In this document: one piece after another, positions 51,395 through 59,407 of the stretch | Layout of the letters: every line of letters begins with the position of its first letter | Numbering within the stretch: position 1 is the stretch's first letter | Assembly: GCA_965205265.1 (NCBI GenBank) | Contig: CBDBGH010000003.1 | Location: 3,968,001-4,032,000, forward strand | Direction: 5' to 3' | Length of the DNA: 64,000 bases | DNA from: Alphaproteobacteria bacterium | Lineage (GTDB): Bacteria; Pseudomonadota; Alphaproteobacteria; Bin95 | Position numbers and translations under genes: made by a program | The notes under the pieces: model-generated | Databases searched by the model: none | The model's input: the letters and a program-made list of their open reading frames with translations, nothing else | What the model was told of the DNA's origin: nothing

Positions 51395-52783
51395 TCAGAT
51401 CTCCGGCGGTTCGACGCCCGAGGCCCGCAGTTCGGCGGCGAGCGCGGCCTTGAGCCGTTCCAGCCCGGCCTCTCCCGCCGCCGCATGCGCCTCGCAGCGC
51501 GCGACGAGCGCGTCCTGGGTGTTGGAGGCGCGCAGCAGCCACCAGCCGTCTTCGGTGGCGACGCGCACGCCGTCCGTTGCATTCACATCGGCGCCGGCCT
51601 CGGCAAGCCGCCCGGCGACCTCGCCCGGCACCGCGAACTTGCGCGCTTCCGGGCAGGGAAAGCGCAGCTCCGGCGTGTTGATCCACACGGGCAGCGAGCT
51701 GCGGAATTCCGCGAGCGAGGCGCCCGAACGCTCCAGGGCCCCCAGCAGCCGGAGCGCGGCATAGAGCCCGTCGTCGAAGCCGTACCAGCGGTCGGCGAAG
51801 AAGATGTGTCCGCTCATCTCGCCGGCAAGCGGCGTTCCGGTCTCGGCCATGCGGCTCTTGATGAGGGTGTGGCCGGTCTTCCACATCTCGGGCCGGCCGC
51901 CCGCTGCGGCCACGGCGTCGAACAGCGCCTGGCTCGCCTTCACATCGGCGATGACGCGCGCGCCCGGCCGTTCGGCCAGCAGGTCGCGCGCGAGCAGGAT
52001 CAGCAGCTGGTCCGCCCAGAGCACCTCGCCCTCGCCGTCCACCGCGCCCAGCCGGTCGCCGTCGCCGTCGAGCGCGATGCCCAAGTCGAGGCCCTCGCGG
52101 CGCACCAGATCGACAAGCTGGGCGAGGTTCTCCGGCACGGTCGGGTCGGGATGGTGGGCGGGGAAGGTCCCGTCTATGGTCTCGTTCAGCAGCATGTGCT
52201 GGCCCGGCAGCCGCGCCGTGAGCCGCGCCATGACGCGCCCGGCCGAACCGTTGCCGGCGTCCCAGCCGACGCGGAGCCCCGGCCCTTCGCCGGCCTCCTC
52301 TGCCAACCGCGAAACGTAAGCGTCCTCGACCGCCACTTCGGCAACCCCGCCCCGCCCCCCGGCGAAGCCGCCGGCGGCGGCGAGCGGCCCGAGCGCCCGG
52401 ATGCGTTCGCCGAAAAAGGCTTCGCCCGCCAGCACCATCTTGAAGCCGTTATAGTCCGGCGGGTTGTGCGAGCCGGTGACCATGACGCCCGCGTCGAGGC
52501 CCAGATGGTACATCGCGAAATAGAGCATCGGCGTCGGCCCGAGGCCGATGCGGGTCACGTCGATGCCGGCGGCGGCAAGCCCTTCCACCAGCGCCGTCTC
52601 GAGGCCGGGGGAGCTCAGCCGGCCGTCACGGCCCACCGCCGCGCTCCGCCGGCCGCCCCGCGCCAGAACGGTGCCGAAGGCGCGGCCGAGGGCGCGCGCA
52701 TCCGCCTCCGACAGGGTTTCGCCGACAATGCCGCGCGCGTCGTATTCCCGGAGGAAGGTCGGGTGGAAGTTGTGCCCCGTCAC
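51395..52783 (-). CDS. Phosphomannomutase/phosphoglucomutase
   Basis: REYDARG, TGSHNPPDYNGFK, FPAHHPDP, DGDGDR, GEMSGH, RASNTQ. Confidence 0.95.
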   Translation of the reverse strand: MTGHNFHPTFLREYDARGIVGETLSEADARALGRAFGTVLARGGRRSAAVGRDGRLSSPGLETALVEGLAAAGIDVTRIGLGPTPMLYFAMYHLGLDAGVMVTGSHNPPDYNGFKMVLAGEAFFGERIRALGPLAAAGGFAGGRGGVAEVAVEDAYVSRLAEEAGEGPGLRVGWDAGNGSAGRVMARLTARLPGQHMLLNETIDGTFPAHHPDPTVPENLAQLVDLVRREGLDLGIALDGDGDRLGAVDGEGEVLWADQLLILLARDLLAERPGARVIADVKASQALFDAVAAAGGRPEMWKTGHTLIKSRMAETGTPLAGEMSGHIFFADRWYGFDDGLYAALRLLGALERSGASLAEFRSSLPVWINTPELRFPCPEARKFAVPGEVAGRLAEAGADVNATDGVRVATEDGWWLLRASNTQDALVARCEAHAAAGEAGLERLKAALAAELRASGVEPPEI

Positions 52784-54093
52784 AGTGCCCGCCCCTTGCC
52801 GACGCCGCGATAGGCGAAACCCGCGGCCTCCACTTCGGCCGGCTTGTAGACATTGCGCAGGTCCACCAGCACGGGCGCGGCCATGACGCTGCCAAGGCGC
52901 TCCATGTCCACCGCGCGGAACTCGTTCCATTCCGTCACCAGCACGGCGCAGTCGGCGCCCTCGGCGGCGTCATAGACATCGCGGCACCAGGCGACATCCG
53001 CCAGCAGCGACCGGGCCGTTTCCATCGCCTGCGGATCGTAGGCGCGCACCTTCGCCCCGGCCGCCTGCAGCGCCGGCACCAGTTCCAGGCTCGGCGCTTC
53101 GCGCATGTCGTCCGTATTGGGCTTGAAGGCGAGGCCGAGCACGGCGACGGTCCTGCCCGCCGCATCGCCGCCGAGCGCCTCCAGCACGCGCCCGGCCATG
53201 GCGCGCTTGCGATCCTCGTTGACGGCGGCGGCCGTTTCCACCAGCCGCACCGGCGAGCCCGCATCGCTGGCCGTCCGGGTCAGCGCCAGCGTGTCCTTCG
53301 GGAAGCAGGAGCCGCCATAGCCGGGGCCCGGATGCAGGAACTTGTCGCCGATGCGCCGGTCGAGACCCATGCCGCGCGCCACGTTCTGCACATCCGCGCC
53401 CACGCGCTCGCAGAGGTCGGCGATCTCGTTGATGAAGGTGATCTTGACCGCGAGGAAGGCATTGGCGGCGTATTTGGTGAGCTCTGCCGTCTCGCGGTCG
53501 GTGAACAGGATCGGCGTCTCGCGCAGGAAGAGCGGGCGGTAAAGCTCCCGCATCGCGTCCCGGGCGCGGTCGGTCTCGGCGCCGATAACGATCCGGTCGG
53601 GATGCATGAAGTCCTCGATCGCCGCGCCCTCGCGCAGGAATTCCGGGTTGGAGACGACATCGATCTCGGCGTCCGGGCGCAGTTCGGCGGCGATCCCGGC
53701 GACGCGGGCGCCCGTGCCCACCGGCACCGTCGATTTCGTCACCAGCACGGTGTAGCCCCGGGCCGCCGCCACGACCTCGCGCGCCGCCTCGAAGACGAAG
53801 CTGAGGTCCGCATGGCCGTCGCCGCGCCGGCTGGGCGTGCCGACGGCGATGAACACGATATCCGCCCCGGCGACGGCAGCCGCAAGGTCGGTGGAGAAGG
53901 CAAGCCGCCCGGCCTCGACATTGCGCGCCACCAGGTCCGCAAGGCCCGGCTCGTAGATCGGCATCTCGCCGCGGCGAAGCCTTTCGATCCGCTCTGCATC
54001 CCTGTCCACGCAGACCGCATCCGTGCCGAACTCGGTCAAACAGGCGCCCGTCACCAGGCCGACATAGCCCGCGCCCACCATCGCAATGCGCAT
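52780..54093 (-). CDS. ugd: UDP-glucose 6-dehydrogenase
   Basis: GAGYVG, KSTVPVGT, SNPEFLREG, GYGGSCFPKD, AFKPNTDDMREA. Confidence 0.95.
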   Translation of the reverse strand: MRIAMVGAGYVGLVTGACLTEFGTDAVCVDRDAERIERLRRGEMPIYEPGLADLVARNVEAGRLAFSTDLAAAVAGADIVFIAVGTPSRRGDGHADLSFVFEAAREVVAAARGYTVLVTKSTVPVGTGARVAGIAAELRPDAEIDVVSNPEFLREGAAIEDFMHPDRIVIGAETDRARDAMRELYRPLFLRETPILFTDRETAELTKYAANAFLAVKITFINEIADLCERVGADVQNVARGMGLDRRIGDKFLHPGPGYGGSCFPKDTLALTRTASDAGSPVRLVETAAAVNEDRKRAMAGRVLEALGGDAAGRTVAVLGLAFKPNTDDMREAPSLELVPALQAAGAKVRAYDPQAMETARSLLADVAWCRDVYDAAEGADCAVLVTEWNEFRAVDMERLGSVMAAPVLVDLRNVYKPAEVEAAGFAYRGVGKGRAL

Positions 54094-54133
54094 GTCCCTT
54101 ACTCCGCCGCCCTGTCCCCCGCCGGCCCCTGCT

Positions 54134-55003
54134 TCAGGCGAAGCGGGCCAGGATTTCCCTTGCCGCCGGCGCGAGTTCGGGCCTTGCGAGCGCGCAGGCG
54201 ATATTGGCTTCGAGGAAGCCCATCCTGTCGCCGCAGTCGAACCGCCGGCCTTCGAAGCGCAGGCCGTGGAAGGGCACGGCGCCGACCGTCCGCGCCATGG
54301 CGTCGGTCAGCTGGATTTCGCCGCCGGCGCCCGTCTCCTGCGTGTCGAGCGCCGTCATCACCGAGGGGTCCAGCACATAGCGCCCCACGATGGCGAGCGT
54401 CGAGGGCGCATCCGCCGGCGCCGGCTTCTCGACCAGGCCCCGGACGGAGGCGAGCCGCCCGTCGTCCGCCGCCACGTCCAGCACGCCGTAGCGCCCGGTC
54501 TCCTCGCGCGCCACGTCCATGACCGCGACGACATTGCCGCCATGCTGGCGGTGGACGTCGAGAAGCTGGCCGAGGCAGGGCCGTTCGGAGAGCACGAGGT
54601 CGTCCGGCAGCAGCACGGCGAAGGGCGCATCGCCCACGACATGGCGTGCGCACCGGACCGCATGGCCGAGGCCGAGCGGCGCCTGCTGGCGCACATGCAC
54701 GATTGCGCCCGCCGCCGGCACCATTTCCGACGCGGCGGCGCGCAAATCCTCCTTGCCGCCCGCCGCCAGCGCCCCGTCGAGCTCCGCCGCGAGGTCGAAA
54801 TGGTCCTCCATGGCCCCTTTGCCGCGCGCGGTCACGAACACGAAGGTCTCGATGCCGGCCGCCCGGGCTTCCTCCACCGCATACTGGATCAGCGGCTTGT
54901 CCACCACCGGCAGCATTTCCTTCGGCACCGCCTTCGTCGCAGGCAGGAAGCGCGTTCCGAGCCCCCCGGCAGGGATGACCGCCGTCTTGACAGGGTTGCT
55001 CAT
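54134..55003 (-). CDS. galU: UTP--glucose-1-phosphate uridylyltransferase
   Basis: GLGTRFLPATKAVPKEMLP, LGLGHAV, VEKP, GEIQLTDA. Confidence 0.95.
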   Translation of the reverse strand: MSNPVKTAVIPAGGLGTRFLPATKAVPKEMLPVVDKPLIQYAVEEARAAGIETFVFVTARGKGAMEDHFDLAAELDGALAAGGKEDLRAAASEMVPAAGAIVHVRQQAPLGLGHAVRCARHVVGDAPFAVLLPDDLVLSERPCLGQLLDVHRQHGGNVVAVMDVAREETGRYGVLDVAADDGRLASVRGLVEKPAPADAPSTLAIVGRYVLDPSVMTALDTQETGAGGEIQLTDAMARTVGAVPFHGLRFEGRRFDCGDRMGFLEANIACALARPELAPAAREILARFA

Positions 55004-55059
55004 GCCGGCAACCGCCGATCAGGGCCTGAGCCGATTGCCGCCGCGAAGGCGAGGGGCAT

Positions 55060-55143
55060 CCCCGGCGCTTCCTTCGCCGCCCCCGGCGCTTCCTTCGCCG
55101 CCCCCGGCGCTTCCTTCGCCGCCCCCGGCGCTTCTTTCGCCCC
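55060..55143. repeat. 21-bp tandem repeat (VNTR), 4 copies
   Basis: ccccggcgcttccttcgccgc x3 exact plus one copy with 2 mismatches. Confidence 0.92.
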
Positions 55144-55158
55144 CCCCGGACCTCTCTT

Positions 55159-55387
55159 CGTCACCCCCGCGAAGGCGGGGGTCCATCCATGGTCCGCGAT
55201 GCTGCCGCAGCCGGTGTTAAGCAGGCCGAACCGTCCGAGGGTGCCGGGAAATCCGAAGCTGGACCCCCGCCTTCGCGGGGGTGACGGTTGAGGTTCGCGC
55301 AGCGCGAAACCACCTGAGGGAGATATGCGGCCCTCCATCCGGCGTAAGCAGCCCGTAGAGATGCCCGGAACGAGTCCGGGCATGACG
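55159..55387. repeat. REP-like elements: 27-bp IR doublet plus a partial copy of the 28-bp family
   Basis: cgtcacccccgcgaaggcgggggtcca (55159-55185) is the reverse complement of 55260-55286; left part homologous to 791-865; gatgcccggaacgagtccgggcatgacg at 55360-55387. Confidence 0.88.
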
Positions 55388-55463
55388 GAGGGGGCCTGTA
55401 TCGAGCGACCCGGTAGCATGAACGAACGCCCCTTTCTTTCCCCGCATGCGCGAATCCTGCGCC

Positions 55464-56162
55464 TCAGGACCCGAGCAATATATCCTTGGCCTGGTTTATT
55501 TGCGCGGCGAAGAATGTCGAGCCGCCCCGGTCCGGGTGGTATTCCCGCATCAGCCGGCGGTGCGCCGCGCGGATTTCGGCGGCAGCCGCGCCGGGCGCCA
55601 GGCCAAGCACCTTGTAGGCCTCGTTGCGGCTCATGCCCGCGCCGCCCGCGGCCGGCGCCTCATGGGCTGCCCTGTCGCGCCAGCTCTCCGGTCCCTCGCG
55701 GTCCAGCCAGCTTTCCAGCAGCTGGGCCGAGCGCGGGTCGTTGCCGGTATAGAAGCGCAAGAGGTCGAACAGCTGGTCCTCGGCGAGGTCGGAGAGGCTC
55801 GCGCCGGTATGCGGGCCGTCGATCACCCGTCCGTGCATGGCGCCCGAATCGTGGTCGAGGCGCATGGAAAGAAAGCGGGTCTGGACCTCCGAGCCCTTGC
55901 CGGGCGTGGGGCCTCTCGCGGTCTTCGCCATGTTGCGCGCGCGCCGCCACTGCATGAACAGGCCGAACAGCAGCGGCGCCAGCAGGCCCAGTACGAGCCC
56001 GCGCCCGAACACCAGCAGCAGGAGCACGGCCGCGCCCATGACCAGCACGGCCGCCAGCCTGAGCACGCGCAGGAGCACCCTGGGGTCGGCGTTGGCGGCC
56101 CAGCGCGCCAGCAGCGGCAGGCAGACCAGCAACGCCAGGACCAGAACGACGACGCCGATCAC
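55464..56162 (-). CDS. Membrane-anchored DnaJ-domain protein (C-terminal J domain)
   Basis: N-terminal TM segments, MRLDHDSG.M.G, AYKVLGL...HRRLMREYHPDRGGS..AAQINQAKD; GTG overlaps VWA gene stop. Confidence 0.88.
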   Translation of the reverse strand: MIGVVVLVLALLVCLPLLARWAANADPRVLLRVLRLAAVLVMGAAVLLLLVFGRGLVLGLLAPLLFGLFMQWRRARNMAKTARGPTPGKGSEVQTRFLSMRLDHDSGAMHGRVIDGPHTGASLSDLAEDQLFDLLRFYTGNDPRSAQLLESWLDREGPESWRDRAAHEAPAAGGAGMSRNEAYKVLGLAPGAAAAEIRAAHRRLMREYHPDRGGSTFFAAQINQAKDILLGS

Positions 56163-56872
56163 CGCCGCCGGCTCCTCCCGCCGCCCGGCAGGGCCTTCAT
56201 CTGGCCGGCCAATTGCTTCGCCGCGCTGCCGGGAAGCGAAGTCAGCGCGGCCCGCCCGCCGGCCGCGAACGCCGCCACGGCCCGCAGCAGCGCACGCAAC
56301 TGCTCGGCGCTGCCCGTATCGAACCGGCAGCAGGCGCCGCCGGTGAGGCGCGCGACCTCGTTGAAGCCGCGCGTTGCCAGCGGGTCGCCGCCCTCCTGGA
56401 ACAGGAAGGCCGGCGTGCCGAGCATGCCGAGCTTCCCGGCCTCGTGGCTGACGCGGTCGATATCCTCCTCGAACGCATCGCCCACGAATACGAGCGCATC
56501 GACCTTGCGCTTGTTCGTCTCCTTGGCGGCATGGGCCAGCACCCGCCCGATCTGCGTCAGGCCTCCGTAGCAGCGGATCTGCAGCATGCGCTTCAGCAGG
56601 TCGTTGGCATTGCGTACCCAGCCGCTCGCCTTGCATTCGCGGAAGCCGCGATAGAAGACGAGCTGCACTTCGAGCCCGCCCAGCGCCGCCGCGGTCTGGA
56701 ACATCTCGGCCTGCAGGTGGCTCGCGCGGTCCCAGGTCGGCTCGCGGCTGGCGGTGGCGTCGAGGGCGAAGATCAGCCGCCCGCCGCCTCCCGGGCGCGG
56801 CGTCCGGGCGGCCTTCTTGAGGAAGGCGTCGATATCGCCCTCGGGCGAGAAGCGTGTCGGCGTTCCGGCCAT
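56159..56872 (-). CDS. VWA domain protein
   Basis: LIFALDATASR MIDAS-like motif, GLTQI, VFVGD. Confidence 0.85.
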   Translation of the reverse strand: MAGTPTRFSPEGDIDAFLKKAARTPRPGGGGRLIFALDATASREPTWDRASHLQAEMFQTAAALGGLEVQLVFYRGFRECKASGWVRNANDLLKRMLQIRCYGGLTQIGRVLAHAAKETNKRKVDALVFVGDAFEEDIDRVSHEAGKLGMLGTPAFLFQEGGDPLATRGFNEVARLTGGACCRFDTGSAEQLRALLRAVAAFAAGGRAALTSLPGSAAKQLAGQMKALPGGGRSRRR

Positions 56873-57086
56873 GGCTGGACGGGACCATACACTATCGCAG
56901 CCCCGCTGTGTGCCCGCCGGCCACGCGGTGCCGGTGCCGGGAGCGGAGCAACGCCCTGCGGCGTTGCGACTCCGGTCCGGTCAGGCAACTCAACGGTTGC
57001 CAAAGGACCGGCGCTTCACCATCATGGAGGATGGTGGTCACCACTCACCGGATGCAACCTAGGAAACAGACCTTCGGAGAACGCCA

Positions 57087-57290
57087 ATGGCTGAACGAAA
57101 GGCAGCTTTCAAACGAGCACCGGTGCGGCCTCATCTGCAGAAGCTCCTCGAAGACGCCAAGAAAGTCACCATGACGGAAGAACAACTGCGCGAACAGAAG
57201 GCGAGCTTCGTATATGGCAACGCGCCGCAGGGATCGCGGATAACCAAGGAATCCGCACGAGAGTCTGTGGATCGAATTCGACTCTTCTAG
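57087..57290 (+). CDS. Small protein, putative Fic antitoxin
   Basis: 67 aa, GGAGA RBS, MTEEQLREQKASFVYGN...ITKE; immediately upstream of the Fic gene. Confidence 0.7.
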   Translation: MAERKAAFKRAPVRPHLQKLLEDAKKVTMTEEQLREQKASFVYGNAPQGSRITKESARESVDRIRLF

Positions 57291-57336
57291 GATTGCTCGT
57301 AAAGTTCACGCTTGGACGCCTCTGAGTTCGCCTGCA

Positions 57337-57933
57337 ATGTTCATTCTGGAGCAGGAGGATCCGGACCTTTTCAGCCGTATTCAGGAACATAATCTGAATC
57401 GCCAATATGACCTTATGGCGAATTGCATAGAGATAGGGCTTTTGAAAGGACCAGCATCGTTTGACAAATACCTACTCTGGTCATTGAACCACGTAGCAGT
57501 AGCAAATATCTCGCAATTCGGCGGACGGTTTAGGCGAGAACCGATCTATGTCGGGAACCACATTCCGCCGCACTTCAACGACGTTTCGGATTGGATGGAC
57601 CGGTTCATCTCGACAGTTCAGGAAAATTGGTACATTTGGACTCCAACCGAATTGGCTGCTTACGGACTTTGGCGTCTGAATTGGATTCACCCGTTCATCG
57701 AGGGTAATGGAAGAACCGCCAGAGCGGCATCGTACTTTCTCCTCTGTGTTAGGTCTGGGGCCCTTTTGCCGGGAAGAAAAATTGTCCCGGAAAGAATTAG
57801 GCAAAACAGAGAGGGGTACAACGCGGCTTTGACAGCGGCCGACCGCGCTTGGGATTTAGGTCATTTGGACTTTGGTGAAATGGAAAATTACCTCGCCAGT
57901 CTTCTTGCGGAGCAATTACAAGACATCGATTAA
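57337..57933 (+). CDS. Fic/Doc family protein
   Basis: Canonical HPFIEGNGRTAR motif; markedly lower GC than the backbone. Confidence 0.92.
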   Translation: MFILEQEDPDLFSRIQEHNLNRQYDLMANCIEIGLLKGPASFDKYLLWSLNHVAVANISQFGGRFRREPIYVGNHIPPHFNDVSDWMDRFISTVQENWYIWTPTELAAYGLWRLNWIHPFIEGNGRTARAASYFLLCVRSGALLPGRKIVPERIRQNREGYNAALTAADRAWDLGHLDFGEMENYLASLLAEQLQDID

Positions 57934-57945
57934 CGCGCCTCGGCC

Positions 57946-58046
57946 TGCGGATGCCGCACCCGGAGTTCTCCTCGCGGCACGGAGCTGTCCGGGATGGGGG
58001 CCATGCGGCGGTCCCGGTCCGTCGGTTCGCCCGCGACTCGAACACC
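57946..58046 (-). repeat. Diverged duplicate of the GNAT gene 3' end (58740-58840)
   Basis: About 84/101 nt identical by hand alignment, no gaps; GVRVAGEPTDRDRRMAPIPDSSVPRGELRVRHPQ versus GVRVAGEPADRVHHMPLIPDSPAPRGELRAWHPQ. Confidence 0.9.
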
Positions 58047-58105
58047 GGGCGGAGCGCAGGCGATCGATGCGCCGAAGAGTGGTGTGGCCCCGGCAGGGGC
58101 GTCGT

Positions 58106-58705
58106 TCAGAACCACACGGTGGCCACCGACACGACGGTGACGATGGCGAGGACGAGATTGACTGTGGACCATTGCGCGTCCGTTCTGAGCATCCGTCCGA
58201 GCACTGCCCCACCCAGGCACCACAGGACCATCGCCCCCATTGCAGAGCAGCCGAAGGTCGCCGCCAGCAACAGGGCCAGCTCCAGCGAGCTGCTGGTGAA
58301 CCCGGCATAGGTGCCCGCGGCTGCCAGCCCCATCATCCAGGCCTTCGGAGCGAGAAACAGGACGGCCAGCCCCGTCGCGAACCCCATGGCCCGTTCTCCG
58401 CCGGCATCCTCCGACGCGCTGGGCGCACCGCTTCGGAAGATCCGCCAGGAAAGCCATACGAGATAGCCGGATCCCAGTATCTTGATCGCGAGTTGCAGCG
58501 ATGGCGCCGTCTGCAACAGGGCGGAGAGGCCGAAGGCTCCGGTTGCCGCGATCGACGCCAGGCCAACGGCGACCCCGGACGCCAGAGGCAGGCTTCCGAC
58601 GAGACCGTGGCGGACCCCGGACGCCGCCGCCAACAGTGTGCTCGGCCCCGGCGTGATGGTCGTCGCGACAGCCAGCACCGCCAGCGATATCAAGAACTCC
58701 GGCAT
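58106..58705 (-). CDS. LysE/RhtB family amino acid exporter
   Basis: ITPGPSTLL..SG..HG, KILGSGYLVWLSW, PKAW; GGGAGG RBS. Confidence 0.88.
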   Translation of the reverse strand: MPEFLISLAVLAVATTITPGPSTLLAAASGVRHGLVGSLPLASGVAVGLASIAATGAFGLSALLQTAPSLQLAIKILGSGYLVWLSWRIFRSGAPSASEDAGGERAMGFATGLAVLFLAPKAWMMGLAAAGTYAGFTSSSLELALLLAATFGCSAMGAMVLWCLGGAVLGRMLRTDAQWSTVNLVLAIVTVVSVATVWF

Positions 58706-58735
58706 TGATCGTCTGCCTCCCGGAACGGCGCTGTC

Positions 58736-59236
58736 CTATTGCGGATGCCACGCCCGGAGTTCTCCCCGCGGTGCGGGGCTGTCCGGGATGAGGGGCATAT
58801 GGTGGACCCGGTCCGCCGGTTCGCCCGCTACCCGGACGCCGACCGCCGCCGCCGGGCTGAAGCCGAGCGGCTCGTAATAGGCGCGCTCGCCGACAAGGAA
58901 GACATGGGGCCAGCCGGCGGCGCGCGCCGCATCGAGAGTGCGGCGGAGCAGCGCCCGGCCGATTCCCCGGCCGCGAAGTTCCGGCTCCACCGCGAGCGGG
59001 CCGAGCAGCAAAGCGCGGGCGCCCGCATCCCCGACCGCGATCTGTGTCTGCTGCACGCTGCCGACCGGGCGCCCGTCCATCCACGCGGCGAAGGCAAGCG
59101 CCGGGCAGGGCGGGTTGCCGGCGCGGAGCCGGTAGGAGGATTTGCTCCTGCGGTCCCGCCCGAACACACGGTCGAGCAGCGCTTCCACTGCGGGCCGGTC
59201 GGCGGATTCGAGCGGGGAAATCTGGAAAGGGGACAT
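58736..59236 (-). CDS. GNAT N-acetyltransferase (YhbS-like)
   Basis: LLDRVFG, SYRLR, LLGPLAVEP..RGRGIG, LVGE..YY..LGF. Confidence 0.9.
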   Translation of the reverse strand: MSPFQISPLESADRPAVEALLDRVFGRDRRSKSSYRLRAGNPPCPALAFAAWMDGRPVGSVQQTQIAVGDAGARALLLGPLAVEPELRGRGIGRALLRRTLDAARAAGWPHVFLVGERAYYEPLGFSPAAAVGVRVAGEPADRVHHMPLIPDSPAPRGELRAWHPQ

Positions 59237-59299
59237 GGTCGGACAGCTCCCGGACGGACAGGACGGCGTCGATGCCGGCCGGAGCCGTGTCCGGCCGGT

Positions 59300-59332
59300 T
59301 CAGCCGCGTCGTCGTCGGAGCCAGCGAACCAT
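59300..59332 (-). CDS. Putative leader peptide MVRWLRRRRG (uORF)
   Basis: ATG GTT CGC TGG CTC CGA CGA CGA CGC GGC TGA, 63 nt upstream of the GNAT start; followed by a 9-bp hairpin at 59275-59298. Confidence 0.65.
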   Translation of the reverse strand: MVRWLRRRRG

Positions 59333-59339
59333 GGGAATG

Positions 59340-59369
59340 AAATTAGCCGCTTTCGCCTGTCGTCGGCAA
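59340..59369 (-). promoter_or_regulatory. Putative sigma70 promoter for leader-GNAT-LysE
   Basis: TTGCCG-N18-TAATTT, 7 nt before the uORF ATG, consistent with a leaderless transcript. Confidence 0.5.
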
Positions 59370-59407
59370 GGGCAGGTCGCCGGCCCGCGATGTCGGCCGC
59401 GGCGCCA

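Noticed and set aside
55060-55143. Possible CRISPR array
   Set aside because: Repeats are head-to-tail with no spacers and there are no cas genes; it is a VNTR
57930-59084. 384-aa ORF ending in a GNAT-like tail
   Set aside because: Chimeric off-frame reading through GNAT and lysE into the duplicated tail; only the last ~35 codons are homologous
59275-59298. Hairpin as an intrinsic terminator
   Set aside because: No U-tract on either side; treated as part of the leader structure
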